Positions 40,346 to 50,333 of a stretch of 64,000 nt of DNA are shown here, piece by piece. Position 1 is the first letter of the stretch, and the number at the start of each line of letters is the position of its first letter. A program made the position numbers and the translations under genes. This stretch comes from Candidatus Kaiserbacteria bacterium RIFOXYB1_FULL_46_14 (GTDB lineage Bacteria > Patescibacteriota > Minisyncoccia > Phycocordibacterales > UBA918), in assembly GCA_001783525.1 (NCBI GenBank), contig MFMS01000004.1, positions 28,741-92,740 on the forward strand, in the 5' to 3' direction. The notes beneath the pieces are model-generated. The model saw only the letters and a program-made list of their open reading frames with translations. It was not told where the DNA came from and made no database searches.

Positions 40346-40558
40346 ATGATCGTACACACCGAAGATGCTATGTACTACCTCAAAGCGGCTGACGACCACT
40401 TCGAGGTAACAAGAGTCGATGAGGACGCCCGAATTGCGGGCGTCTCCATCCTTCCAAACGAAGAAAAGTGGAAGGTACAAAGCTTGTACATAAAGATCGG
40501 CGAACCGGCTCGTTTCGACCACATCATCACGACGAACGTGCTGATGGTTATAGACTAG
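40346..40558 (+). CDS. Hypothetical protein (SD-led)
   Basis: GGAGG upstream; terminator after. Confidence 0.65.
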   Translation: MIVHTEDAMYYLKAADDHFEVTRVDEDARIAGVSILPNEEKWKVQSLYIKIGEPARFDHIITTNVLMVID

Positions 40559-40632
40559 CCAAAAGCCTACCTCACAGAGACGCTACCCCACTCGGGTACG
40601 GCGTCTCTTTTTTATATATAATATAAAGACCT

Positions 40633-41241
40633 ATGCAGTCCGGCCAAATGAAAGTAGTCGCTCTAGACTTTGACGACGTGGTCGCGCACTTCAATGCTCA
40701 TTTTGTTTTGTTTCATAACAAAAACTACGGCACAGCTCTTGAATACGAAGATCTGTATTTATATGACGATTGGGAAAAGATGTATGGTTGTGACCGCGCG
40801 ACAATGAACGACCGCGCTCACGAATTTTATCGTTCAAAGGAACATAAGGAGATCGAGCCAGTACCGGGCGCGATCGAAGCAATCGAACATCTATCAAAAG
40901 ATTATTCCCTGCAAATTGTCACCAGTAGGCCCGAACATATCCGTGATGTCACCCTGCACTGGATAGAAGAATTCTTCCCTGTTCATTTTGACCAAATACA
41001 TTTTACCAACGGCTTTATGGGTGCCGACGGTGCAACAGTAAAAAAGAAATCCGAGGTATGTCGCGAAATCGGAGCATCAATACTAGTCGATGACGCCCTT
41101 AAGCACGTTAAAGACGTGGCCCAAAGTGGACTACCTGCCATTCTCCCCGACCGACCATGGAACCGTGAAGAAAACCCCACCGGAGTACAAAGGATGTATT
41201 CATGGAATGAGATTGTTGATTTTATAAAAGCAAAGATATAA
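40633..41241 (+). CDS. HAD-superfamily 5'(3')-deoxyribonucleotidase (NT5C-like)
   Basis: DFDDVV, PVPGA, VTSR, LVDD, RPWN. Confidence 0.88.
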   Translation: MQSGQMKVVALDFDDVVAHFNAHFVLFHNKNYGTALEYEDLYLYDDWEKMYGCDRATMNDRAHEFYRSKEHKEIEPVPGAIEAIEHLSKDYSLQIVTSRPEHIRDVTLHWIEEFFPVHFDQIHFTNGFMGADGATVKKKSEVCREIGASILVDDALKHVKDVAQSGLPAILPDRPWNREENPTGVQRMYSWNEIVDFIKAKI

Positions 41242-41292
41242 AGCCACTGCTTATCGTCTCTAGAGAGCGAATATGCTACCATCAGCTCCGTT

Positions 41293-41694
41293 ATGGCTAA
41301 AAAAGATTTTAAGGTTTTCAAGAGTAGTGCGGGATTTGGACTCCGGACACTGAAAGATATCAAAAAGGGTGAGCTAGTTATTGAATACACTGGACGCAAG
41401 ACCACCAACGCGGCGGCAGAACGCCAACCAAACCGCTACCAATTTGATCTGGATGACAAATGGACGATCGACGGCTCACCCCGTAGCAACACCGCGCGTT
41501 ACATCAACCATTCGTGCCGTCCAAATTGCGAAGCGGTGCATTACACCGACACCAACGAGATTGGTATTGAGGCAATACGCAACATCAAGGCCGGAGAGGA
41601 GCTTACTTATGACTACGGCAAGGAGTACTTCAATGAATACATCAAGCCGGTAGGTTGTAAGTGTGAGAAGTGCACAAAGACCCGTTCCAGCTAG
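41293..41694 (+). CDS. SET domain protein with post-SET Cys motif
   Basis: GFGL, RYINHSCRPN, GEELTYDY, CKCEKC. Confidence 0.95.
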   Translation: MAKKDFKVFKSSAGFGLRTLKDIKKGELVIEYTGRKTTNAAAERQPNRYQFDLDDKWTIDGSPRSNTARYINHSCRPNCEAVHYTDTNEIGIEAIRNIKAGEELTYDYGKEYFNEYIKPVGCKCEKCTKTRSS

Positions 41695-41773
41695 AATTTT
41701 CCTGTAATTGTGTTATATTGCGACACATCAATAAGACCACCTGTACGGGACTTATAAATTAAGCAAAACCGAT

Positions 41774-42445
41774 CTGAACAACTTCCGACCATCTTACAAT
41801 CCAAAGGACAGAACTCGTATAAATACCGCGATTCGCGCGAAGGAGCTTCGTGTTATCGGAGCTCAGGGTGAAAACTTGGGAGTGTTGCTCTTAAATGACG
41901 CTCTCCGAGCAGCCGACGAAGCGGGTCTCGACCTCATCGAGATCTCACCAAACGCCAACCCTCCAGTCGCTAAGATAATGGACTTTGGACAGCATCGTTA
42001 CGAAACCAAGCGTAAAGCGAGCGAGGTGAAAGCCAAGTCACATGTCACTGAAACCAAGTCGGTGCAGGTGAAAGTTATCACTGGCGAGCATGACAAACAG
42101 CAGAAATCTCGCCGAGCGGCTGAGTGGCTATCAGAAGGACACCGCGTGAAGGTAGATCTTTTCCTGTCTGGACGATACAAGTATATGGAGGAGGCCTTTT
42201 TGAAAGAGCGTCTGGAACGATTCCTAAAGATCATCCCAATCGAGTACAAAATCGCTGATCCGATCAAGAAAAGTCCTAAGGGTTACACCGTGACACTCGA
42301 ACGTGAGGGTAAGGCCAAGTTTATAAAAGGTAAGGAACTTGAGGAAGAAAAGCCAATCAAGAAAGTAGTCTCAGAATCCGACACCTCAGAGCCTAAGTCC
42401 AAAAAGAAGTCCCTGGACGAATTGCTCGAAGGAGGCTTGATTTAA
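41774..42445 (+). CDS. infC: Translation initiation factor IF-3 (non-AUG start, position uncertain)
   Basis: Conserved RINTAIRAKELRVIG lies upstream of the track start; no in-frame ATG; CTG at 41774 proposed. Confidence 0.92.
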   Translation: MNNFRPSYNPKDRTRINTAIRAKELRVIGAQGENLGVLLLNDALRAADEAGLDLIEISPNANPPVAKIMDFGQHRYETKRKASEVKAKSHVTETKSVQVKVITGEHDKQQKSRRAAEWLSEGHRVKVDLFLSGRYKYMEEAFLKERLERFLKIIPIEYKIADPIKKSPKGYTVTLEREGKAKFIKGKELEEEKPIKKVVSESDTSEPKSKKKSLDELLEGGLI

Positions 42446-42517
42446 AGCCCGTTTTGCGGTATATTCTTACCACTTTTGCTACTTCTCTGGCAGAATACCC
42501 CGAATCGAAAAATCATT

Positions 42518-42709
42518 ATGAAAACCAACAAGTCATATACTAAGCGTATTAAAGTGACCAAGAACGGCAAGCTAGTAGCTCGCAAGCCGGGTCAAAACCA
42601 CTTCAATGCCCGCCAGACTGGCCAACAGCGTCTGCGCCGCAAGCGTACTCAGCTACTCACTTTGAGTAAGCGCATTACCCGTCGTTTCCTTCCAGCAACT
42701 GGCGCTTAA
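42518..42709 (+). CDS. rpmI: 50S ribosomal protein L35
   Basis: MKTNKSYTKRIKVTKNGK; between infC and rplT. Confidence 0.93.
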   Translation: MKTNKSYTKRIKVTKNGKLVARKPGQNHFNARQTGQQRLRRKRTQLLTLSKRITRRFLPATGA

Positions 42710-42730
42710 CTCCCGTTTTAATTCTAATTT

Positions 42731-43075
42731 ATGTCACGAGTAAAAGGAGGATTGATGGCCCAGAAGCGCCGTCGCAACATCCTCGAACAAGTAAAGGGCT
42801 ACCGCTTCGGCCGTTCTAAGAAAACAAAGCAAGCAATTGAGGCGATCCACCACGCAAAGAACTACTCTTTTGCACACCGCAAAGATAAGAAGAATGACTT
42901 CCGTCAACTTTGGATCGTTCGCATCAACGCCGCGTTGATGGCACATGGCATCAAGTACAGCCGTTTTATCAAGGCGCTCAAGGACAAGGGAATCGGACTC
43001 GATCGTAAGATCCTCTCTTCCCTAGCCAAAGACCGCCCTGAAGTATTCGAGCGTATCGTCAACCAAGTTAAATAA
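42731..43075 (+). CDS. rplT: 50S ribosomal protein L20
   Basis: MSRVKGG, FRQLWIVRINAA, LDRKILS. Confidence 0.97.
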   Translation: MSRVKGGLMAQKRRRNILEQVKGYRFGRSKKTKQAIEAIHHAKNYSFAHRKDKKNDFRQLWIVRINAALMAHGIKYSRFIKALKDKGIGLDRKILSSLAKDRPEVFERIVNQVK

Positions 43076-43084
43076 CTCACATAA

Positions 43085-43117
43085 AAAAACCGCCACGGCT
43101 ACGCCGTGGCGGTTTTT
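43085..43117. terminator. Bidirectional terminator
   Basis: AAAAACCGCCACGGC-tac-GCCGTGGCGGTTTTT. Confidence 0.85.
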
Positions 43118-44481
43118 TAAAACTCTATTTCTGCCACTTCTCCGGGCGATGGCGCGACCGCGTTGACTCCGAGATAATCACGAAGACGCTGTACCAAAAA
43201 GAGAGCGGCGCGCTCTTCTCCCATAGTGACGAACACTTTTTCAATTTTCTCTCCACCCTTCGCCACAAAATCAACTAATTGATCGCGATCGGCATGGCCA
43301 GACCAGCCACGAATAGTCGCGACGGTGGCATTTACTTTCACATCCTGGTTGTTGATACGGACACGTTTGGCTCCGTCCTGAAGACGGCGACCCAAACTAC
43401 CCACCGATTGATATCCAACTAGAAGCAGTGTGGTATTTTTGTCTGCTAAAAAATGACTTTCGTGTCCCTCTATCCTACCGCCGTGGGACATTCCGCTTCC
43501 GGCGATAATGATCTTTGGCCCTGGTACTTCAGAGATAGCGCGCGAGTCGGCGACTGTACGAGTAAACTTAAGCTTCGCAAAATCAAAAATATCATCACCG
43601 GCACTGATTTGTTCTCTCACCTCGCGCCTTAGGTATTTTGTGTGATCACGATAGATATCGGTCACCGCAATGGCTAATGGTGAGTCTAGGAAGACTGGTA
43701 GTGCTGGTACTTTTCCACTTTCTACTAAATTATTAATCTCAAATAGGATGATTTGCGTACGCTCCAGTGAGAAGGCGGGGATTATCAGAGTGCCCTTTTT
43801 ACTAATCGTTTGTTCAATATGATGAAGCAGTAAGTCGCTCCGCTCACTCACCTCTTCGTGTAAACGATCACCATAAACACTCTCCATGACCAAATACTGA
43901 TAACCATTCGGTATATCCGGTGCCCCCATTAAAGGTTGCGGATAGTTGCCAATGTCACCAGAAAAAACTACCTTCTGACCACCACGCTCGAATGTAATAA
44001 AGCCAGCGCCTAAGATATGGCCGGCGTCGTTCCAGGTGGCAGTGACATCGTCGGGGAGAGCCAGCCGTGCACCGTACTCTATTGTCTGCCAGAGAGCCAG
44101 TGTTTTATCAATATCTTCTCTGTCGTAAAGGCGAGGCCTGGCATAGCTCTGCTCTTCGAAGATCATTACGTTAAGAGCGTCTGCAAGCATCACAGTCGCC
44201 AAAGCCCTCGTTGGTTCAGTCGAATAGATCTTGCCAGCGTAACCTTCCTTAACTAATTTTGGAATACGTCCGATGTGGTCACTATGTGAGTGAGTGACCA
44301 AAAGAGCATCGATGGACTGCGGTTCGTACGGAAAAGGTTTCTGATTTGATTCTTCCGCAAAGCGACTTCCCTGCACCATTCCACAATCAATTAAAAATTT
44401 CGCACCGCCAGTATCAAGCAGGAAATTGGCTCCGGTCACACTCCCTACTCCGCCATAAAATCCAATTTTGGAGTGTTTCAT
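43117..44481 (-). CDS. MBL-fold beta-CASP ribonuclease (YSH1-like)
   Basis: THSHSDHIG, AGHILG, MESVYG, SGHAD. Confidence 0.92.
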   Translation of the reverse strand: MKHSKIGFYGGVGSVTGANFLLDTGGAKFLIDCGMVQGSRFAEESNQKPFPYEPQSIDALLVTHSHSDHIGRIPKLVKEGYAGKIYSTEPTRALATVMLADALNVMIFEEQSYARPRLYDREDIDKTLALWQTIEYGARLALPDDVTATWNDAGHILGAGFITFERGGQKVVFSGDIGNYPQPLMGAPDIPNGYQYLVMESVYGDRLHEEVSERSDLLLHHIEQTISKKGTLIIPAFSLERTQIILFEINNLVESGKVPALPVFLDSPLAIAVTDIYRDHTKYLRREVREQISAGDDIFDFAKLKFTRTVADSRAISEVPGPKIIIAGSGMSHGGRIEGHESHFLADKNTTLLLVGYQSVGSLGRRLQDGAKRVRINNQDVKVNATVATIRGWSGHADRDQLVDFVAKGGEKIEKVFVTMGEERAALFLVQRLRDYLGVNAVAPSPGEVAEIEF

Positions 44482-44861
44482 AAATTATCATGTAGGCTTT
44501 TTGCCATCACATAACCAAACAGGCCGCCGGAGAATCCAAAAATAATGTCGCTTATGGTGTCTCCTATATATCCTGGTTCGTGTATCGAAACGCCGATAGC
44601 AACTTCAAATAATTCCCAACTAAGTGCTACCGCTAGGACAGAAAACATTGAGGGCAAAAAACGAAACCAGCGCTCGGAAGAAAGTACATGTAAATCACGT
44701 AGAGAAAACCAGCCGAGCGCTACCGCGACCCCACCCAGTGTATGTGTTACAGAATCAAGCCATGGGTAAATCCAGTACAAATAAAAATTGAGTGACAAAA
44801 AGTGCGTCACTGATAATACCGAGAGCGTCAGCAACAATACGATGGTATTAGATTTGATCAC
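44478..44861 (-). CDS. Hypothetical membrane protein
   Basis: 4 TM; DSVTHTLGG, WELFE, DTISD. Confidence 0.8.
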   Translation of the reverse strand: MIKSNTIVLLLTLSVLSVTHFLSLNFYLYWIYPWLDSVTHTLGGVAVALGWFSLRDLHVLSSERWFRFLPSMFSVLAVALSWELFEVAIGVSIHEPGYIGDTISDIIFGFSGGLFGYVMAKSLHDNL

Positions 44862-44939
44862 GCTTTATTATATCAAAAGAACCCGCCTCCTCTCTTGCAA
44901 CGATCATTCTCGATCGCGACAAAAGTGGAGACGAGTTCT

Positions 44940-45085
44940 TAGAACCACCCGTATGTCCCCGGCGTGAGCCAGGTGGGCACCCGGGCCGGATTCCGCTGAA
45001 ATCATCAATGATGTTCTCATTAGTTTCCGCGACTAAAGGCAGCCCTGCAAAAAGTTTTTAACTCGGAACATACGCGGCGGTTCTA
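44940..45085 (-). ncRNA. ssrS: Probable 6S RNA
   Basis: Closing stem UAGAACCGCCGCGUAUGUUCC/GGGACAUACGGGUGGUUCUA, central bubble with GGGUGCCCACCUG and small 3' hairpin, upstream TGnTAACAT, downstream terminator. Confidence 0.7.
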
Positions 45086-45141
45086 TATTATGTTAACACA
45101 AAAAAAACGGCGCGGGCCAGAGGCCCGCGCCGTTTATTCCA

Positions 45142-45747
45142 CTACTCCTTTACAGTGTCAAAGTTTACGTCGTACATTATGCGCTCCTGTGCGGTTGAGT
45201 AGTTCATTATCTCCACGTCACTGAACCAGAGTTTTATCTCACGCTCTGCCTCTTCTACTGATTCAGAACAATGAATCAGGTTTCGTACGCCACGGTTCTC
45301 GATGGTAGCGTGAGCGTAAGAGTCGAGAGTATAGTCACCACGAATCGTACCCACGTCTGACGTGGCTGGCTCGGTAGTACCAACAAGCTTAGTTACCACA
45401 GCCACTGCCTGGTTGCCTTCTAGAGTCATAGCAACCAATGGTGCCGCCATCATATAGCGAGCTAGATTACGAATGATGTCCTTGCCGTACTCGATCGGCT
45501 CCTTCTCGACAGGCATATTGTGCGCCGTCATATCTTTAATAACACCTTCGCCTTTACGAAGAAACCAAGCATCGTCTTTATTGTAGTGAGCGAAGAGCTG
45601 TTCCTCGGTCGCCATTACCATCTTCATTGAACCGATCTTAAGACCAACCCGCTCGAAACGAGCAATGACCTCGCCAATAAGAGAACGTTGTAGAGTGTCT
45701 GGCTTGAGCAGTACAAGCGAACGCTCCTGATGTGGCAATCTGTCCAT
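45142..45747 (-). CDS. ndk: Nucleoside diphosphate kinase
   Basis: ERSLVLLKPD, GTIRGDY, NLIHCSES. Confidence 0.93.
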   Translation of the reverse strand: MDRLPHQERSLVLLKPDTLQRSLIGEVIARFERVGLKIGSMKMVMATEEQLFAHYNKDDAWFLRKGEGVIKDMTAHNMPVEKEPIEYGKDIIRNLARYMMAAPLVAMTLEGNQAVAVVTKLVGTTEPATSDVGTIRGDYTLDSYAHATIENRGVRNLIHCSESVEEAEREIKLWFSDVEIMNYSTAQERIMYDVNFDTVKE

Positions 45748-45814
45748 AAATAATTGATCAAATTAATGCTTAAAAGTGCCGAGAGTATACAAGAAATTGA
45801 GCAAAATTCCAATT

Positions 45815-46603
45815 TTATTGCCCTTTCTGGCTAGCGGTAAGAATCTCCGGACCGGACGGGGTTATTAATACCGTATGCTCCATATGGGCTGTAAACCCTC
45901 CATCTTTAGACCGTACCGTGTAACCGTCGTCATTATCGAAGACCACCTCTTTACCTCCCTGTATGATCATTGGCTCAATCGCTAAGACCATCCCTGGGCG
46001 AAGGATAGGCCCAGGGTTGCCCCTTTGGACGTAGTTTGGTACCTGTGGCTCTTCATGTAGAGAATAGCCAACGCCATGCCCGCACAGCTCTTCCACAATG
46101 CCGTAGCCTTTCGGAACAACGGCCTCCTCAGCTGCACCAATGGCTGAAATTCGTACACCAGGTTGTGCAGCCTTGATGGCGGCATCAAGCGCTTGTTTCG
46201 TTACAGACAACAACTCGAGTGCGCGTTCACTACCCTTGCCGGCAATGACGGTACGAGCTGAATCAAGCACCATCCCCTTGTAGCCAATAACCAGATCGAT
46301 CGAGACCACATCACCATCGCTGAAAGTGACCGGATCTTCGTTTGGAATACCGTGTACCACAACATCATTGACCGAGACACAGGTGACTGCTGGATAAGGA
46401 CGTGGGGCAAAAGTCGGCTGATAACCGAGTATCATCGGTTCCAAATCATACTCCTCCAAAAGTTCGGTAGCCCGATCATCAACATCGAGAGAGGTTGCTC
46501 CCGGTACCACTTCTTTCTCTAATTCATCCAATATCAAACCCAAAAGCTTCCCGCCTTCACGCAGTTTTATAATATCTTCTTCGGTTTTAATTGTGATTCC
46601 CAT
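45815..46603 (-). CDS. map: Methionine aminopeptidase type I
   Basis: SVNDVVVHGIP, DSART, GHGVG, HEEP, IEPM, HMEHT. Confidence 0.96.
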   Translation of the reverse strand: MGITIKTEEDIIKLREGGKLLGLILDELEKEVVPGATSLDVDDRATELLEEYDLEPMILGYQPTFAPRPYPAVTCVSVNDVVVHGIPNEDPVTFSDGDVVSIDLVIGYKGMVLDSARTVIAGKGSERALELLSVTKQALDAAIKAAQPGVRISAIGAAEEAVVPKGYGIVEELCGHGVGYSLHEEPQVPNYVQRGNPGPILRPGMVLAIEPMIIQGGKEVVFDNDDGYTVRSKDGGFTAHMEHTVLITPSGPEILTASQKGQ

Positions 46604-47217
46604 TAGTTTTTAGGTAGATCAAGTGCCTTAAGAATAGCTGAATGAACCTCGTCTATTGAAACCGTACCATCGATATCATGAACCTTGGTGTTAGGTCGAG
46701 CTCGGTAGTATTCCACGACCGGAGACGTCTCTTCACGATACCAACGCAGACGTTCTTCGATCGATTCCACAGTATCGTCTGGCCTTGCGCGCGAAACCAT
46801 TCGCTCGCGCACTACCGCCTCAGGAGCTTTTAGATGAATGATGTCGATGGAGCGACGTTGATAGAAAGAAAAGGCCGATTCAAGCACCTTAGCTTCATCT
46901 ACTATTCGAGGAAAGCCGTCGATCAAGAGATGGCAATCGGGATCCACATGAGTGCGCATCGAGTCTCCCCAAAGCACGGTAGAGAGAAACAAGGGTTGCA
47001 GTATGCCGGTATCCAGTGTCTCTTGAATATGTTTTTCGGTATAGCCCTCTCCCGAAGCGGCCATAGCGCGAAAGCGACGACCGGTTTGAATATCAACCAC
47101 TCGCCTAGTCGGGTCTTGCTCACGCAAAACACGATCGAGGCGTTCGATCTGAGTGCCCTTTCCACTTCCTTGCGGACCGATAAAGATCACCGTCTTCTGT
47201 TTTTCCAAAAATGTCAT
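46603..47217 (-). CDS. adk: Adenylate kinase family (short LID)
   Basis: GPQGSGKGTQ, IDGFPR, RPDD. Confidence 0.88.
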   Translation of the reverse strand: MTFLEKQKTVIFIGPQGSGKGTQIERLDRVLREQDPTRRVVDIQTGRRFRAMAASGEGYTEKHIQETLDTGILQPLFLSTVLWGDSMRTHVDPDCHLLIDGFPRIVDEAKVLESAFSFYQRRSIDIIHLKAPEAVVRERMVSRARPDDTVESIEERLRWYREETSPVVEYYRARPNTKVHDIDGTVSIDEVHSAILKALDLPKN

Positions 47218-47278
47218 GCAAGGCCAGTGTACTCTATGAAAAGCTAAAATTCAAAGCGAAATATGTTATGTTATCGCG

Positions 47279-47848
47279 ATGGATAAGAAAAGTATCATTA
47301 CACTGGCAGGTAAGCCTGGTAGCGGAAAATCGACCACCTCCAAGAAGCTGGCGGAACGGCTTGGTTACGAAAGATTCTCTTCTGGTGATCTCTTCCGGAC
47401 AATCGCCAAGGAGCGCGGTATTGATATATTGACCATCAACCAGACCGCCGAGACAGAAAAAGCCATAGACCTTGAAGTGGATGAGAAATTGCGCCAGATT
47501 GGTGAAAGCCGAGACAATCTGGTTATAGATTCAAGAATGGCTTGGCACTGGATGCCGTACTCCTTCAGGGTCTATCTAGATCTTGATATTTTGGTGGCAG
47601 CCAAACGGATCACTGCCGGTATGGACCCAGAAAGGATGGTAGCAGAGCATATTCCGTCAGAGCCAGGACAATACGCGAAGCAACTACAAGAACGACTAGA
47701 CAGTGAGGCTAGGCGCTACGAAAATCTCTACCAACAAAATCCGTACGATCTTCAAAACTATGATCTGGTAGTGGACACAGCGGCGAATAATCCCGATGAA
47801 GTAGCCGGGATGATCCTCGAGGCCTACGGTTTGTGGTTGAAAAAATAG
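47279..47848 (+). CDS. Cytidylate kinase-like protein (archaeal-type family)
   Basis: ITLAGKPGSGKST, SGDLFR, VIDSR, YDLVVDT. Confidence 0.85.
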   Translation: MDKKSIITLAGKPGSGKSTTSKKLAERLGYERFSSGDLFRTIAKERGIDILTINQTAETEKAIDLEVDEKLRQIGESRDNLVIDSRMAWHWMPYSFRVYLDLDILVAAKRITAGMDPERMVAEHIPSEPGQYAKQLQERLDSEARRYENLYQQNPYDLQNYDLVVDTAANNPDEVAGMILEAYGLWLKK

Positions 47849-47907
47849 CATGATCAACAAAGCCCCGCGGCGTAGCCGCGGGGCTTTGTTATACAAACTT
47901 CAAAATT

Positions 47908-49179
47908 CTAATACTCACGCATCGAGACCTGTGCATCTAGGCGACGCAACAGATCAAGTACTACATTGACCACAATAAGGAGAGCGGTACCTCCAATGGC
48001 CAGCGCGGCAACACCTGTCGCCATCTGCAACACGAGCGGCAAGACCGCTACGAGACCAAGGAAGAAGGCGCCCACCAAAGTAAGTCGAGTGATCAAGCCA
48101 GCAAGATATTCGCTGGTTGCAGTTCCTGGACGAAGGCCAGGAATGAAAGCGCCACTACGCTGTAAGTTCTTAGACACAGCATCTGGATCGAAAGTAACGG
48201 CAGTGTAGAAGAAAGCAAATAGAATAACGAGGGTGAAATAAGCAATAGCGTACAGCGGTTGGTTGTTCAAGAATCCCATCACAACGTTGGACACACGATC
48301 CAAACCACTAATGTTGAAACTAGTTAGAACATTCAGCAACATCTGTGGGAAAAGCAGGATAGACATCGCAAAGATGATCGGAATCACACCAGCCTGATTG
48401 AGACGAAGTGGTAAGTAGGAAGAAGTTCCTCCGTAAGTCTCACCGCCACGGCTCTGCTTGGCATAAGTGATCGGCACTGGACGCTCAGCCTCTGTCATCA
48501 CAACCACCGCATAGAGAGCGAGCAGGGCCATGAATCCAAAGCCGATATAAAGCGGCAATTGAGCTGGAGTGTAAGAGAATGCGAGCTGACTGACAGTGGT
48601 CGGCATACCAGCAACGATACCAGCGAAGATAATTATCGAGACGCCGTTACCAATACCGTATTCAGTAATCAACTCACCCATCCACATCAAGAGAATCGAA
48701 CCGGCAACAATCAAAATAATGTTGGTTACGAAACCGAAGGTTGAAAGTCCGGCGATAACGCCCTGACTCTGGAGAAGTGAGAGGAAACCGAATCCTTGCA
48801 AGATAGCGAGTGGTAGGGTCAAGAGACGAGAATACTGTGTGAATTTTGCTCTACCGGCTTCACCTTCCTCAGTGTACAGACTCTTCATTCGTGGGGACAT
48901 TACGGTCAAAAGCTGCATTATGATTGATCCTGTAATGAATGGTCCAACTCCGAGCATGATGATCGAAAGGTTGGACAGACCGCCGCCAGAAAAGATGTTT
49001 AGAAGACCAAGAAACTGGTTGTTAGCAAAAAACTGCTCCAGTACGGTATGGTCAACACCTGGAATTGGGATGGTTGAAAGTGCTCGAAAAACAAACAATG
49101 CGCCGATTATAAAAAGCAGACGATTACGAATAGCCTTATCGGACACTACTATCTTGAGCTTGTGTAAGAATTTTGACAT
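47908..49179 (-). CDS. secY: Preprotein translocase SecY
   Basis: LGVGPFITGSIIMQLL, GIGNGVS, GVIPIIFA, IPGLRPG. Confidence 0.97.
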   Translation of the reverse strand: MSKFLHKLKIVVSDKAIRNRLLFIIGALFVFRALSTIPIPGVDHTVLEQFFANNQFLGLLNIFSGGGLSNLSIIMLGVGPFITGSIIMQLLTVMSPRMKSLYTEEGEAGRAKFTQYSRLLTLPLAILQGFGFLSLLQSQGVIAGLSTFGFVTNIILIVAGSILLMWMGELITEYGIGNGVSIIIFAGIVAGMPTTVSQLAFSYTPAQLPLYIGFGFMALLALYAVVVMTEAERPVPITYAKQSRGGETYGGTSSYLPLRLNQAGVIPIIFAMSILLFPQMLLNVLTSFNISGLDRVSNVVMGFLNNQPLYAIAYFTLVILFAFFYTAVTFDPDAVSKNLQRSGAFIPGLRPGTATSEYLAGLITRLTLVGAFFLGLVAVLPLVLQMATGVAALAIGGTALLIVVNVVLDLLRRLDAQVSMREY

Positions 49180-49244
49180 AACGAGTGAACTTTTAGCATT
49201 TGGGAAAGCGGGCGGATGCTTCGCATCCGCCCGCATTATAACCC

Positions 49245-49694
49245 TTATTTAACTTCCCCGCCTGCCTTTTCCAATTTGGCCTTAGCCGAGGCGGATACGG
49301 TACAATCGACAACGCTGAATTTCTTGGTTACCTCACCGGTACCGAGAATCTTCACGAGTGGCAAACGACGACGTTTGGCACTAATCACTCCTGCTGCCAC
49401 CAAAGTCTTAGGACTCACGATAGCTCCTGCCTCAAACTTTTCTTCTAGAAGCTTAAGGTTAACCACGATCGGAAGTACGCGCTCAGCATTAACTGCCTCA
49501 GCACGGTTCACACCGTGACCGCGGAGCTTCGGGATCTTCTTGATCTGCTCGCGCATTTCTGGACGAGTAGAGTTACCGGCACGAGCGGTCTGACCCTTAT
49601 GACCACGACCGGACATTTTGCCGCGCTTACCACCACGACCTATACGGCGAGCTGTTTTACGAGGCGCTGTCGGTTTTAGTTGATGTAACTGCAT
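49245..49694 (-). CDS. rplO: 50S ribosomal protein L15
   Basis: RIGRGGKRGKMSGRGHKGQTAR, VKILGTG. Confidence 0.96.
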   Translation of the reverse strand: MQLHQLKPTAPRKTARRIGRGGKRGKMSGRGHKGQTARAGNSTRPEMREQIKKIPKLRGHGVNRAEAVNAERVLPIVVNLKLLEEKFEAGAIVSPKTLVAAGVISAKRRRLPLVKILGTGEVTKKFSVVDCTVSASAKAKLEKAGGEVK

Positions 49695-49703
49695 AATTAA
49701 AAG

Positions 49704-50314
49704 TTAGGCCTTCAAAAGCTTAAGCGCTTCGATAGTGGCACGCGCGTTGTTAAGTTTGTTCTTTGTTCGGGAAAGAAGCTTGGCAGTAACGTCTTTGACA
49801 CCAGCGAGCTCAAGGACGGTACGAACCGAGCTGGGATGATCATGACTTCACTCGAAGAGAGCTTGGTCTGCACATCGTGTGCAATCTGGCTGTGCGTATT
49901 CATCGGTACAGTGATCATATGCTTCTTAGCATCACGTACTGCTTTTTCGATCGCTAGCTGAGTATCCCCGGCCTTACCGATACCGACTCCAACGCGGCCT
50001 TTCTTGTCTCCTATCACCATCGCTACTGAGAATGAGAAGCGACGACCACCGGCCATCACACGAGTAACGCGACGAATGGCAATGATCTTCTGATCGAATT
50101 CTGGGCGAACGCGCTCGCGACCACCTTCATTGCGACGAGGACGACGTGCGTTTCGTTCACGACCGTGTTCTCCACGACCGCCCGCACCACGACTACGCAT
50201 CCCGCCACGTTCATTGTGACCAGCAGTCACTGCCGCTGTCACAGGTGCATCGGCGACTGCGGTATTCGCAGTCTCATTTGCCGTCTCGGCAATTTTAGCT
50301 TCCTGTTTTTCCAT
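49704..50314 (-). pseudogene. rpsE: 30S ribosomal protein S5, frameshifted by an apparent ~28-nt deletion (possibly assembly error)
   Basis: N-part to ...VMIIPA in one frame; SSVRTVLELAGVKDVTAKLLSRTKNKLNNARATIEALKLLKA* in another, junction 49828-49833. Confidence 0.85.
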
Positions 50315-50333
50315 AATTGGTTAAGTGAATTTA

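Noticed and set aside
49180-49236. N-terminal extension of secY
   Set aside because: It translates a GC hairpin; ATG 49179 fits the usual SecY start.
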